64,000 nt of DNA. It comes from Auanema rhodensis. Lineage: Eukaryota; Animalia; Nematoda. Below the pieces are notes generated by a model. It did not search any database. It saw only the letters and a program-made list of their open reading frames with translations, and was not told the DNA's origin. The position numbers were made by a program, and so were the translations under genes. The stretch lies in NCBI GenBank assembly GCA_964057225.1, contig OZ059898.1, positions 20,150,001 through 20,214,000 of the forward strand, read 5' to 3'. Positions 29,001 through 44,000 of the stretch are shown here, piece after piece; the first letter of the stretch is position 1; each line of letters starts with the position of its first letter.

Positions 29001-32000
29001 TTTACGTGTACTTTAATTTATGCTAATTAAGTGTACACATGATGTGCACTTGGTATGTAACTCGCTTCACGTCAAAGATAAAGAGATGCGGTTTTCAAAA
29101 TTAGATTCCTCATGTCCATATTAGTCTAAAAACAAATTTTTATTGGTATTGGTGCATGGCAACTATGACTTTTAAATTTACGTGTACTTTAATTTATGCT
29201 AATTAAGTGTACACATGATGTGCACTTGGTATGTAACTCGCTTCACGTCAAAGATAAAGAGATGCGGTTTTCAAAATTAGATTCCTCATGTCCATATTAG
29301 TCTAAAAACAAATTTTTATTAATATTGGTGCATGGTAACCATGACTTTGAAATTTATGTGAACTTTAATTTATGCTAATTAAGTGTACACATGATGTGCA
29401 CTTGGTATGTAACTCGCTTCACGTGAAAGATAAAGAGATGCGGTTTTCAAAATTAGATTCCGCATGTCCATATTAGTCTAAAAACAAATTTTTATTAATA
29501 TTGGTGCATGGTAACTATGACTTTGAAATTTACGTGAACTTCAATTTATGCTAATTAAGTGTACACATGATGTGCACTTGGTATGTAACTCGCTTCACGT
29601 GAAAGATAAAGAGATGCGGTTTACAAAATTAGATTTCGCATGTCCATATTAGTCTAAAAACAAAGTTTTATTGATATTGGTGCATGGTAACCATGACTTT
29701 GAAATTTACGTGAACTTTAATTTATGCTAATTAAGTGTACACGTGATGTGCACTTGGTATGTAACTCGCTTCACGTGAAAGATAAAGAGATGCGGTTTTC
29801 AAAATTAGATTCCGCATGTCCATATTAGTCTAAAAACAAATTTTTATTAATATTGGTGCATGGTAACTATGACTTTGAAATTTACGTGAACTTTAATTTA
29901 TGCTAATTAAGTGTACACATGATGTGCACTTGGTATGTAACTCGCTTCACGTGAAAGATAAAGAGATGCGGTTTTCAAAATTAGATTCCTCATGTCCATA
30001 TTAGTCTAAAAACGAATTTTTATTGATATTGATGCATGGTAACCATGAGTTTGAAATTTACGTGAACTTTAATTTATGCTTATTAAGTGTACACGTGATG
30101 TGCACTTGGTATGTAACTCGCTTCACGTGAAAGATAAAGGGATGCGGTTTTCAAAATTAGATTCCCCATGTCCATATTAGTCTAAAAACAAATTATTATT
30201 GATATTGGTGCATGGTAACCATGACTTTGAAATTTACGTGAACTTTAATTTATGCTAATTAAGTGTACACATGATGTGCACTTGGTATGTAACTCGCTTC
30301 ACGTGAAAGATAAAGAGATGCGGTTTACAAAATTAGATTTCGCATGTCCATATTAGTCTAAAAACAAATTTTTATTGATATTGGTGCATGGTAACCATGA
30401 CTTTGAAATTTACGTGAACTTTAATTTATGCTAATTAAGTGTACACATGATGTGCACTTGGTATGTAACTCGCTTCACGTGAAAGATAAAGAGATGCGGT
30501 TTACAAAATTAGATTTCGCATGTCCATATTAGTCTAAAAACAAAGTTTTATTGATATTGGTGCATGGTAACCATGACTTTGAAATTTACGTGAACTTTAA
30601 TTTATGCTAATTAAGTGTACACGTGATGTGCACTTGGTATGTAACTCGCTTAACGTGAAAGATAAAGAGATGCGGTTTTCAAAATTAGATTCCGCATGTC
30701 CATATTAGTCTAAAAACAAATTTTTATTAATATTGGTGCATGGTAACTATGACTTTGAAATTTACGTGAACTTTAATTTATGCTAATTAAGTGTACACAT
30801 GATGTGCACTTGGTATGTAACTCGCTTCACGTGAAAGATAAAGAGATGCGGTTTTCAAAATTAGATTCCGCATGTCCATATTAGTCTAAAAACAAATTTT
30901 TATTGATATTGGTGCATGGTAACCATGACTTTGAAATTTACGTGAACTTTAATTTATGCTAATTAAGTGTACACGTGATGTGCACTTGGTATGTAACTCG
31001 CTTCACGTGAAAGATAAAGAGATGCGGTTTTCAAAATTAGATTCCCCATGTCCATATTAGTCTAAAAACAAATTTTTATTGATATTGGTGCATGGTAACT
31101 ATGACTTTGAAATTTACGTGAACTTTAATTTATGCTAATTAAGTGTACACATGATTTGCACTTGGTATGTAACTCGCTTCACGTCAAAGATAAAGAGATG
31201 CGGTTTTCAAAATTAGATTTCGTATGTCCATATTAGTCTAAAAACAAATTTTTATTGATATTGGTGCATGGTAACCATGACTTTGAAATTTACGTGAACT
31301 TTAATTTATGCTAATTAAGTGTACACATGATGTGCACTTGGTATGTAACTCGCTTCACGTGAAAGATAAAGAGATGCGGTTTTCAAAATCAGATTTCGCA
31401 TGTCCATATTAGTCTAAAAACAAATTTTTATTGATATTGGTGCATGGTAACCATGACTTTGAAATTTACGTGAACTTTAATTTATGCTAATTAAGTGTAC
31501 ACGTGATGTGCACTTGGTATGTAACTCGCTTCACGTGAAAGATAAAGAGATGCGGTTTTCAAAATTAGATTCCGCATGTCCATATTAGTCTAAAAACAAA
31601 TTTTTATTAATATTGGTGCATGGTAACCATGACTTTTAAATTTACGTGTACTTTAATTTATGCTAATTAAGTGTACACGTGATGTGCACTTGGTATGTAA
31701 CTCGCTTAACGTGAAAGATAAAGAGATGCGGTTTTCAAAATTAGATTCCGCATGTCCATATTAGTCTAAAAACAAATTTTTATTAATATTGGTGCATGGT
31801 AACTATGACTTTGAAATTTACGTGAACTTTAATTTATGCTAATTAAGTGTACACATGATGTGCACTTGGTATGTAACTCGCTTCACGTGAAAGATAAAGA
31901 GATGCGGTTTTCAAAATTAGATTCCGCATGTCCATATTAGTCTAAAAACAAATTTTTATTGATATTGGTGCATGGTAACCATGACTTTGAAATTTACGTG

Positions 32001-35000
32001 AACTTTAATTTATGCTAATTGAGTGTACACGTGATGTGCACTTGGTATGTAACTCGCTTCACGTGAAAGATAAAGAGATGCGGTTTTCAAAATCAGATTT
32101 CGCATGTCCATATTAGTCTAAAAACAAATTTTTATTGATATTGGTGCATGGTAACCATGACTTTGAAATTTACGTGAACTTTAATTTATGCTAATTAAGT
32201 GTACACGTGATGTGCACTTGGTATGTAACTCGCTTCACGTGAAAGATAAAGAGATGCGGTTTTCAAAATTAGATTCCGCATGTTCATATTAGTCTAAAAA
32301 CAAATTTTTATTGATATTGGTGCATGGTAACTATGACTTTGAAATTTACGTGAATTTTAATTTATGCTAATTAAGTGTACACATGATGTGCACTTGGTAT
32401 GTAACTCGCTTCACGTCAAAGATAAAGAGATGCGGTTTTCAAAATTAGATTTCGCATGTCCATATTAGTCTAAAAACAAATTTTTATTGATATTGGTGCA
32501 TGGTAACCATGACTTTGAAATTTACGTGAACTTTAATTTATGCTAATTAAGTGTACACGTGATGTGCACTTGGGATGTAACTCGCTTCACGTGAAAGATA
32601 AAGAGATGCGGTTTTCAAAATTAGATTCCGCATGTCCATATTAGTCTAAAAACAAATTTTTATTGATATTGGTGCATGGTAACCATGACTTTGAAATTTA
32701 CGTGAACTTTAATTTATGCTAATTAAGTGTACACGTGATGTGCACTTGGTATGTAACTCGCTTCACGTGAAAGATAAAGAGATGCGGTTTTCAAAATTAG
32801 ATTCCTCATGTCCATATTAGTCTAAAAACGAATTTTTATTGATATTGATGCATGGTAACCATGACTTTGAAATTTACGTGAACTTTAATTTATGCTTATT
32901 AAGTGTACATGTGATGTGCACTTGGTATGTAACTCGCTTCACGGGAAAGATAAAGGGATGCGGTTTTCAAGATTAGATTCCCCGTGTCCATATTAGTCTA
33001 AAAACAAATTTTTGTTGATATTGGTGGATGGTAACCATGACTTTGAAATTTACGTGAACTTTAATTTATGCTAATTAAGTGTACACGTGATGTGCACTTG
33101 GTATGTAACTCGCTTCACGTGAAAGATAAAGAGATTCGGTTTTCAAAATTAGATTCCCCATGTCCATATTAGTCTAAAAACAAATTTTTATTGATATTGG
33201 TGCATGGTAACCATGACTTTGAAATTTACGTGAACTTTAATTTATGCTAATTAAGTGTACTCGTGATGTGCACTTGGTATGTAACTCGCTTCACGTGAAA
33301 GATAAAGAGATGCGGTTTTCAAAATTAGATTCCTCATGTCCATATTAGTCTAAAAACAAATTTTTATTGGTATTGGTGCATGGCAACTATGACTTTTAAA
33401 TTTACGTGTACTTTAATTTATGCTAATTAAGTGTACACATGATGTGCACTTGGTATGTAACTCGCTTCACGTCAAAGATAAAGAGATGCGGTTTTCAAAA
33501 TTAGATTCCTCATGTCCATATTAGTCTAAAAACAAATTTTTATTAATATTGGTGCATGGTAACCATGACTTTTAAATTTACGTGTACTTTAATTTATGCT
33601 AATTAAGTGTACACATGATGTGCACTTGGTATGTAACTCGCTTCACGTCAAAGATAAAGAGATGCGGTTTTCAAAATTAAATTCCTCATGTCCATATTAG
33701 TCTAAAAACAAATTTTTATTGGTATTGGTGCATGGCAACTATGACTTTTAAATTTACGTGTACTTTAATTTATGCTAATTAAGTGTATACATGATGTGCA
33801 CTTGGTATGTAACTCGCTTCACGTCAAAGATAAAGAGATGCGGTTTTCAAAATTAGATTCCTCATGTCCATATTAGTCTAAAAACAAATTTTTATTAATA
33901 TTGGTGCATGGTAACCATGACTTTGAAATTTATGTGAACTTTAATTTATGCTAATTAAGTGTACACATGATGTGCACTTGGTATGTAACTCGCTTCACGT
34001 CAAAGATAAAGAGATGCGGTTTTCAAAATTAGATTCCCCATGTCCATATTAGTCTAAAAACAAATTTTTATTAATATTGGTGCATGGTAACCATGACTTT
34101 TAAATTTACGTGTACTTTAATTTATGCTAATTAAGTGTACACATGATGTGCACTTGGTATGTAACTCGCTTCACGTGAAAGATAAAGAGATGCGGTTTTC
34201 AAAATTAGATTCCTCATGTCCATATTAGTCTAAAAACGAATTTGTATTGATATTGATGCATGGTAACCATGACTTTGAAATTTACGTGAACTTTAATTTA
34301 TGCTTATTAAGTGTACACGTGATGTGCACTTGGTATGTAACTCGCTTCACGTGAAAGATGAAGGGATGCGGTTTTCAAAATTAGATTCCCCATGTCCATA
34401 TTAGTTTAAAAACAAATTTTTTTTGATATTAGTGGATGGTAACCATGACTTTGAAATTTACGTGAACTTTAATTTATGCTAATTAAGTGTACACGTGATG
34501 TGCACTTGGTATGTAACTCGCTTCACGTGAAAGATAAAGAGATGCGATTTTCAAAATTAGATTCCCCATGTCCATATTAGTCTAAAAACAAATTTTTATT
34601 GATATTGGTGCATGGTAACCATGACTTTGAAATTTACGTGAACTTTAATTTATGCTAATTAAGTGTACACATGATGTGCACTTGGTATGTAACTCGCTTC
34701 ACGTGAAAGATAAAGAGATGCGGTTTTCAAAATTAGATTTCGCATGTCCATATTAGTCTAAAAACGAATTTTTATTGATATTGGTGCATGGTAACCATGA
34801 CTTTGAAATTTACGTGAACTTTAATTTATGCTAATTAAGTGTACACGTGATGTGCACTTGGTATGTAACTCGCTTCACGTGAAAGATAAAGAGATGCGGT
34901 TTTCAAAATTAGATTCCCCATGTCCATATTAGTCTAAAAACAAATTTTTATTGATATTGGTGCATGGCAACCATGACTTTCAAATTTACGTGAACTTCAA

Positions 35001-38000
35001 TTTATGCTAATTAAGTGTACACGTGATGTGCACTTGGTATGTAACTCGCTTCGCGTCAAAGATAAAGAGATGCGGTTTTCAAAATTAGATTCCCCATGTC
35101 CATATTAGTCTAAAAACAAATTTTTGTTGATATTGGTGGATGGTAACCATGACTTTGAAATTTACGTGAACTTTAATTTATGCTAATTAAGTGTACACGT
35201 GATGTGCACTTGGTATGTAACTCGCTTCTCGTGAAAGATAAAGAGATGCGGTTTTCAAAATTAGATTCCTCATGTCCATATTAGTCTAAAAACGAATTTT
35301 TATTGATATTGATGCATGGTAACCATGACTTTGAAATTTACGTGAACTTTAATTTATGCTAATTAAGTGTACACGTGATGTGCACTTGGTATGTAACTCG
35401 CTTCACGTGAAAGATAAAGAGATGCGGTTTTCAAAATTAGATTCCTCATGTCCATATTAGTCTAAAAACGAATTTTTATTGATATTGATGCATGGTAACC
35501 ATGACTTTGAAATTTACGTGAACTTTAATTTATGCTTATTAAGTGTACACGTGATGTGCACTTGGTATGTAACTCGCTTCAAGTGAAAGATAAAGAGATG
35601 CGGTTTTCAAAATTAGATTCCCCATGTCCATATTAGTCTAAAAACAAATTTTTATTGATATTGGTGCATGGTAACTATGACTTTGAAATTTACGTAAACT
35701 TTAATTTATGCTAATTAAGTGTACACATGATGTGCACTTGGTATGTAACTCGCTTCACGTCAAAGATAAAGAGATGCGGTTTTCAAAATTAGATTCCCCA
35801 TGTCCATATTAGTCTAAAAACAAATTTTTGTTGATATTGGTGGATGGTAACCATGACTTTGAAATTTACGTGAACTTTAATTTATGCTAATTAAGTGTAC
35901 ACGTGATGTGCACTTGGTATGTAACTCGCTTCACGTGAAAGATAAAGAGATGCGGTTTTCAAAATTAGATTCCTCATGTCCATATTAGTCTAAAAACGAA
36001 TTTTTATTGATATTGATGCATGGTAACCATGACTTTGAAATTTACGTGAACTTTAATTTATGCTTATTAAGTGTACACGTGATGTGCACTTGGTATGTAA
36101 CTCGCTTCAAGTGAAAGATAAAGAGATGCGGTTTTCAAAATTAGATTCCCCATGTCCATATTAGTCTAAAAACAAATTTTTGTTGATATTGGTGGATGGT
36201 AACCATGACTTTGAAATTTACGTGAACTTTAATTTATGCTAATTAAGTGTACACGTGATGTGCACTTGGTATGTAACTCGCTTCTCGTGAAAGATAAAGA
36301 GATGCGGTTTTCAAAATTAGATTCCTCATGTCCATATTAGTCTAAAAACGAATTTTTATTGATATTGATGCATGGTAACCATGACTTTGAAATTTACGTG
36401 AACTTTAATTTATGCTAATTAAGTGTACACGTGATGTGCACTTGGTATGTAACTCGCTTCAAGTGAAAGATAAAGAGATGCGGTTTTCAAAATTAGATTC
36501 CCCATGTCCATATTAGTCTAAAAACAAATTTTTATTGATATTGGTGCATGGTAACTATGACTTTGAAATTTACGTAAACTTTAATTTATGCTAATTAAGT
36601 GTACACATGATGTGCACTTGGTATGTAACTCGCTTCACGTCAAAGATAAAGAGATGCGGTTTTCAAAATTAGATTCCCCATGTCCATATTAGTCTAAAAA
36701 CAAATTTTTGTTGATATTGGTGGATGGTAACCATGACTTTGAAATTTACGTGAACTTTAATTTATGCTAATTAAGTGTACACGTGATGTGCACTTGGTAT
36801 GTAACTCGCTTCACGTGAAAGATAAAGAGATGCGGTTTTCAAAATTAGATTCCTCATGTCCATATTAGTCTAAAAACGAATTTTTATTGATATTGATGCA
36901 TGGTAACCATGACTTTGAAATTTACGTGAACTTTAATTTATGCTTATTAAGTGTACACGTGATGTGCACTTGGTATGTAACTCGCTTCAAGTGAAAGATA
37001 AAGAGATGCGGTTTTCAAAATTAGATTCCCCATGTCCATATTAGTCTAAAAACAAATTTTTATTGATATTGGTGCATGGTAACTATGACTTTGAAATTTA
37101 CGTGAACTTTAATTTATGCTAATTAAGTGTACACATGATGTGCACTTGGTATGTAACTCGCTTCACGTCAAAGATAAAGAGATGCGGTTTTCAAAATTAG
37201 ATTTCGCATGTCCATATTAGTCTAAAAACAAATTTTTATTGATATTGGTGCATGGTAACCATGACTTTGAAATTTACGTGAACTTTAATTTATGCTAATT
37301 AAGTGTACACGTGATGTGCACTTGGTATGTAACTCGCTTCACGTGAAAGATGAAGAGATGCGGTATTCAAATTTAGGTTCCCCATGTCCATATTAGTCTA
37401 AAAACAAATTTTTGTTGATATTGGTGGATGGTAACCATGACTTTCAAATTTACGTGAACTTCAATTTATGCTAATTAAGTGTACACGTGATGTGCACTTG
37501 GTATGTAACTCGCTTCGCGTCAAAGATAAAGAGATGCGGTTTTCAAAATTAGATTCCCCATGTCCATATTAGTCTAAAAACGAATTTTTATTGATATTGA
37601 TGCATGGTAACCATGACTTTCAAATTTACGTGAACTTCAATTTATGCTAATTAAGTGTACACGTGATGTGCACTTGGTATGTAACTCGCTTCACGTGAAA
37701 GATGAAGAGATGCGGTATTCAAATTTAGGTTCCCCATGTCCATATTAGTCTAAAAACAAATTTTTGTTGATATTGGTGGATGGTAACCATGACTTTCAAA
37801 TTTACGTGAACTTCAATTTATGCTAATTAAGTGTACACGTGATGTGCACTTGGTATGTAACTCGCTTCACGTCAAAGATAAAGAGATGCGGTTTTCAAAA
37901 TTAGATTCCTCATGTCCATATTAGTCTAAAAACGAATTTTTATTGATATTGATGCATGGTAACCATGACTTTCAAATTTACGTGAACTTCAATTTATGCT

Positions 38001-41000
38001 AATTAAGTGTACACGTGATGTGCACTTGGTATGTAACTCGCTTCGCGTCAAAGATGAAGAGATGCGGTATTCAAATTTAGGTTCCCCATGTCCATATTAG
38101 TCTAAAAACAAATTTTTGTTGATATTGGTGGATGGTAACCATGACTTTCAAATTTACGTGAACTTCAATTTATGCTAATTAAGTGTACACGTGATGTGCA
38201 CTTGGTATGTAACTCGCTTCGCGTCAAAGATAAAGAGATGCGGTTTTCAAAATTAGATTCCCCATGTCCATATTAGTCTAAAAACAAATTTTTGTTGATA
38301 TTGGTGGATGGTAACCATGACTTTGAAATTTACGTGAACTTTAATTTATGCTAATTAAGTGTACACGTGATGTGCACTTGGTATGTAACTCGCTTCACGT
38401 GAAAGATAAAGAGATGCGGTTTTCAAAATTAGATTCCTCATGTCCATATTAGTCTAAAAACGAATTTTTATTGATATTCATGCATGGTAACCATGACTTT
38501 GAAATTTACGTGAACTTTAATTTATGCTTATTAAGTGTACACGTGATGTGCACTTGGTATGTAACTCGCTTCAAGTGAAAGATAAAGAGATGCGGTTTTC
38601 AAAATTAGATTCCCCATGTCCATATTAGTCTAAAAACAAATTTTTATTGATATTGGTGCATGGTAACTATGACTTTGAAATTTACGTAAACTTTAATTTA
38701 TGCTAATTAAGTGTACACATGATGTGCCCTTGGTATGTAACTCGCTTCACGTGAAAGATAAAGAGATGCGGTTTTCAAACTTAGATTCCCCATGTCCATA
38801 TTAGTCTAAAAACAACTTTTTATTGATATTGGTGCATGGTAACCATGACTTTAAAATTTACGTGTACTTTAATTTATGATAATTAAGTGTACACATGATG
38901 TGCACTTGGTATGTAACTCGCTTCACGTCAAAGATAAAGAGATGCGGTTTTCAAAATTAGATTTCGCATGTCCATATTAGTCTAATAACAAATTTTTATT
39001 GATATTGTTGCATGGTAACCATGACTTTGAAATTTACGTGAACTTTAATTTATGCTAATTAAGTGTACACGTGATGTGCACTTGGTATGTAACTCGCTTC
39101 ACGTGAAAGATAAAGAGATGCGGTTTTCAAAATTAGATTCCCCATGTCCATATTAGTCTAAAAACAAATTTTTATTGATATTGGTGCATGGTAACCATGA
39201 CTTTCAAATTTACGTGAACTTCAATTTATGCTAATTAAGTGTACACGTGATGTGCACTTGGTATGTAACTCGCTTCGCGTCAAAGATAAAGAGATGCGGT
39301 TTTCAAAATTAGATTCCTCATGTCCATATTAGTCTAAAAACGAATTTTTATTGATATTGGTGCATGGTAACCATGACTTTGAAATTTACGTGAACTTTAA
39401 TTTATGCTAATTAAGTGTACACGTGATGTGCACTTGGTATGTAACTCGCTTCGCGTCAAAGATAAAGAGATGCGGTTTTCAAAATTAGATTCCTCATGTC
39501 CATATTAGTCTAAAAACGAATTTTTATTGATATTGATGCATGGTAACCATGACTTTGAAATTTACGTGAACTTTAATTTATGCTTATTAAGTGTACACGT
39601 GATGTGCACTTGGTATGTAACTCGCTTCACGTGAAAGATAAAGGGATGCGGTTTTCAAGATTAGATTCCCCGTGTCCATATTAGTCTAAAAACAAATTTT
39701 TGTTGATATTGGTGGATGGTAACCATGACTTTGAAATTTACGTGAACTTTAATTTATGCTTATTAAGTGTACACGTGATGTGCACTTGGTATGTAACTCG
39801 CTTCAAGTGAAAGATAAAGAGATGCGGTTTTCAAAATTAGATTCCCCATGTCCATATTAGTCTAAAAACAAATTTTTATTGATATTGGTGCATGGTAACT
39901 ATGACTTTGAAATTTACGTAAACTTTAATTTATGCTAATTAAGTGTACACATGATGTGCACTTGGTATGTAACTCGCTTCACGTCAAAGATAAAGAAATG
40001 CGGTTTTCAAAATTAGATTTCGCATGTCCATATTAGTCTAAAAACAAATTTTTATTGATATTGGTGCATGGTAACCATGACTTTGAAATTTACGTGAACT
40101 TTAATTTATGCTAATTAAATGTACACGTGATGTGCACTTGGTATGTAACTCGCTTCACGTGAAAGATAAAGAGATGCGGTTTTCAAAATTAGATTCCCCA
40201 TGTCCATATTAGTCTAAAAACAAATTTTTATTGATATTGGTGCATGGCAACCATGACTTTAAAATTTACGTGTACTTTAATTTATGCTAATTAAGTGTAC
40301 ACATGATGTGCACTTGGTATGTAACTCGCTTCGCGTCAAAGATAAAGAGATGCGGTTTTCAAAATTAGATTCCTCATGTCCATATTAGTCTAAAAACGAA
40401 TTTTTATTGATATTGGTGCATGGTAACCATGACTTTGAAATTTACGTGAACTTTAATTTATGCTTATTAAGTGTACACGTGATGTGCACTTGGTATGTAA
40501 CTCGCTTCACGTGAAAGATAAAGGGATGCGGTTTTCAAGATTAGATTCCCGTGTCCATATTAGTCTAAAAACAAATTTTTGTTGATATTGGTGGATGGTA
40601 ACCATGACTTTGAAATTTACGTGAACTTTAATTTATGCTAATTAAGTGTACACGTGATGTGCACTTGGTATGTAACTCGCTTCACGTGAAAGATAAAGAG
40701 ATGCGGTTTTCAAAATTAGATTCCCCATGTCCATATTAGTCTAAAAACAAATTTTTATTGATATTGGTGCATGGTAACCATGACTTTTAAATTTACGTGT
40801 ACTTTAATTTATGCTAATTAAGTGTACACATGATGTGCACTTGGTATGTAACTCGCTTCACGTCAAAGATAAAGAGATGTGGTTTTCAAAATTAGATTCC
40901 TCATGTCCATATTAGTCTAAAAACAAATTTTTATTAATATTGGTGCATGGTAACCATGACTTTGAAATTTATGTGAACTTTAATTTATGCTAATTAAGTG

Positions 41001-44000
41001 TACACATGATGTGCACTTGGTATGTAACTCGCTTCACGTGAAAGATAAAGAGATGCGGTTTTCAAAATTAGATTCCTCATGTCCATATTAGTCTAAAAAC
41101 GAATTTTTATTGATATTGACGCATGGTAACCATGACTTTGAAATTTACGTGAACTTTAATTTATGCTTATTAAGTGTACACGTGATGTGCACTTGGTATG
41201 TAACTCGCTTCACGTGAAAGATAAAGGGATGCGGTTTTCAAAATTAGATTCCCCATGTCCATATTAGTCTAAAAACGAATTTTTGTTGATATTGGTGGAT
41301 GGTAACCATGACTTTGAAATTTACGTGAACTTTAATTTATGCTAATTAAGTGTACACGTGATGTGCACTTGGTATGTAACTCGCTTCACGTGAAAGATAA
41401 AGAGATGCGATTTTCAAAATTAGATTCCCCATGTCCATATTAGTCTAAAAACAAATTTTTATTGATATTGGTGCATGGTAACCATGACTTTGAAATTTAC
41501 GTGAACTTTAATTTATGCTAATTAAGTGTACACGTGATGTGCACTTGGTATGTAACTCGCTTCACGTGAAAGATAAAGAGATGCGGTTTTCAAAATTAGA
41601 TTCCCCATGTCCATATTAGTCTAAAAACAAATTTTTATTGATATTGGTGCATGGTAACCATGACTTTGAACGTGAAAGATAAAGAGATGCGGTTTTCAAA
41701 ATTAGATTCCTCATGTCCATATTAGTCTAAAAACGAATTTTTATTGATATTGATGCATGGTAACCATGACTTTGAAATTTACGTGAACTTTAATTTATGC
41801 TTATTAAGTGTACACGTGATGTGCACTTGGTATGTAACTCGCTTCAAGTGAAAGATAAAGAGATGCGGTTTTCAAAATTAGATTCCCCATGTCCATATTA
41901 GTCTAAAAACAAATTTTTATTGATATTGGTGCATGGTAACTATGACTTTGAAATTTACGTAAACTTTAATTTATGCTAATTAAGTGTACACATGATGTGC
42001 ACTTGCTATGTAACTCGCTTCACGTCAAAGATAAAGAGATGCGGTTTTCAAAATTAGATTTCGCATGTCCATATTAGTCTAAAAACAAATTTTTATTGAT
42101 ATTGGTGCATGGTAACCATGACTTTGAAATTTACGTGAACTTTAATTTATGCTAATTAAGTGTACACGTGATGTGCACTTGGTATGTAACTCGCTTCACG
42201 TGAAAGATAAAGAGATGCGGTTCTCAAAATTAGATTCCCCATGTCCATATTAGTCTAAAAACAAATTTTTATTGATATTGGTGCATGGCAACCATGACTT
42301 TAAAATTTACGTGTACTTTAATTTATGCTAATTAAGTGTACACATGATGTGCACTTGGTATGTAACTCGCTTCACGTCAAAGATAAAGAGATGCGGTTTT
42401 CAAAATTAGATTTCGCATGTCCATATTAGTCTAATAACAAATTTTTATTGATATTGGTGCATGGTAACCATGACTTTGAAATTTACGTGAACTTTAATTT
42501 ATGCTAATTAAGTGTACACGTGATGTGCACTTGGTATGTAACTCGCTTCACGTGAAAGATAAAGAGATGCGGTTTTCAAAATTAGATTCCCCATGTCCAT
42601 ATTAGTCTAAAAACAAAATTTTTTATTGATATTGGTGCATGGCAACCATGACTTTCAAATTTACGTGAACTTCAATTTATGCTAATTAAGTGTACACGTG
42701 ATGTGCACTTGGTATGTAACTCGCTTCGCGTCAAAGATAAAGAGATGCGGTTTTCAAAATTAGATTCCTCATGTCCATATTAGTCTAAAAACGAATTTGT
42801 ATTGATATTGGTGCATGGTAACCATGACTTTGAAATTTACGTGGACTTTAATTTATGCTAATTAAGTGTACACGTGATGTGCACTTGGTATGTAACTCGC
42901 TTCGCGTCAAAGATAAAGAGATGCGGTTTTCAAAATTAGATTCCTCATGTCCATATTAGTCTAAAAACGAATTTTTATTGATATTGATGCATGGTAACCA
43001 TGAGTTTGAAATTTACGTGAACTTTAATTTATGCTTATTAAGTGTACACGTGATGTGCACTTGGTATGTAACTCGCTTCACGTGAAAGATAAAGGGATGC
43101 GGTTTTCAAAATTAGATTCCCCATGTCCATATTAGTCTAAAAACGAATTTTTGTTGATATTGGTGGATGGTAACCATGACTTTGAAATTTACGTGAACTT
43201 TAATTTATGCTAATTAAGTGTACACGTGATGTGCACTTGGTATGTAACTCGCTTCACGTGAAAGATAAAGAGATGCGATTTTCAAAATTAGATTCCCCAT
43301 GTCCATATTAGTCTAAAAACAAATTTTTATTGATATTGGTGCATGGTAACCATGACTTTGAAATTTACGTGAACTTTAATTTATGCTAATTAAGTGTACA
43401 CGTGATGTGCACTTGGTATGTAACTCGCTTCACGTGAAAGATAAAGAGATGCGGTTTTCAAAATTAGATTCCCCATGTCCATATTAGTCTAAAAACAAAT
43501 TTTTATTGATATTGGTGCATGGTAACCATGACTTTGAACGTGAAAGATAAAGAGATGCGGTTTTCAAAATTAGATTCCTCATGTCCATATTAGTCTAAAA
43601 ACGAATTTTTATTGATATTGATGCATGGTAACCATGACTTTGAAATTTACGTGAACTTTAATTTATGCTTATTAAGTGTACACGTGATGTGCACTTGGTA
43701 TGTAACTCGCTTCAAGTGAAAGATAAAGAGATGCGGTTTTCAAAATTAGATTCCCCATGTCCATATTAGTCTAAAAACAAATTTTTATTGATATTGGTGC
43801 ATGGTAACTATGACTTTGAAATTTACGTAAACTTTAATTTATGCTAATTAAGTGTACACATGATGTGCACTTGCTATGTAACTCGCTTCACGTCAAAGAT
43901 AAAGAGATGCGGTTTTCAAAATTAGATTTCGCATGTCCATATTAGTCTAAAAACAAATTTTTATTGATATTGGTGCATGGTAACCATGACTTTGAAATTT

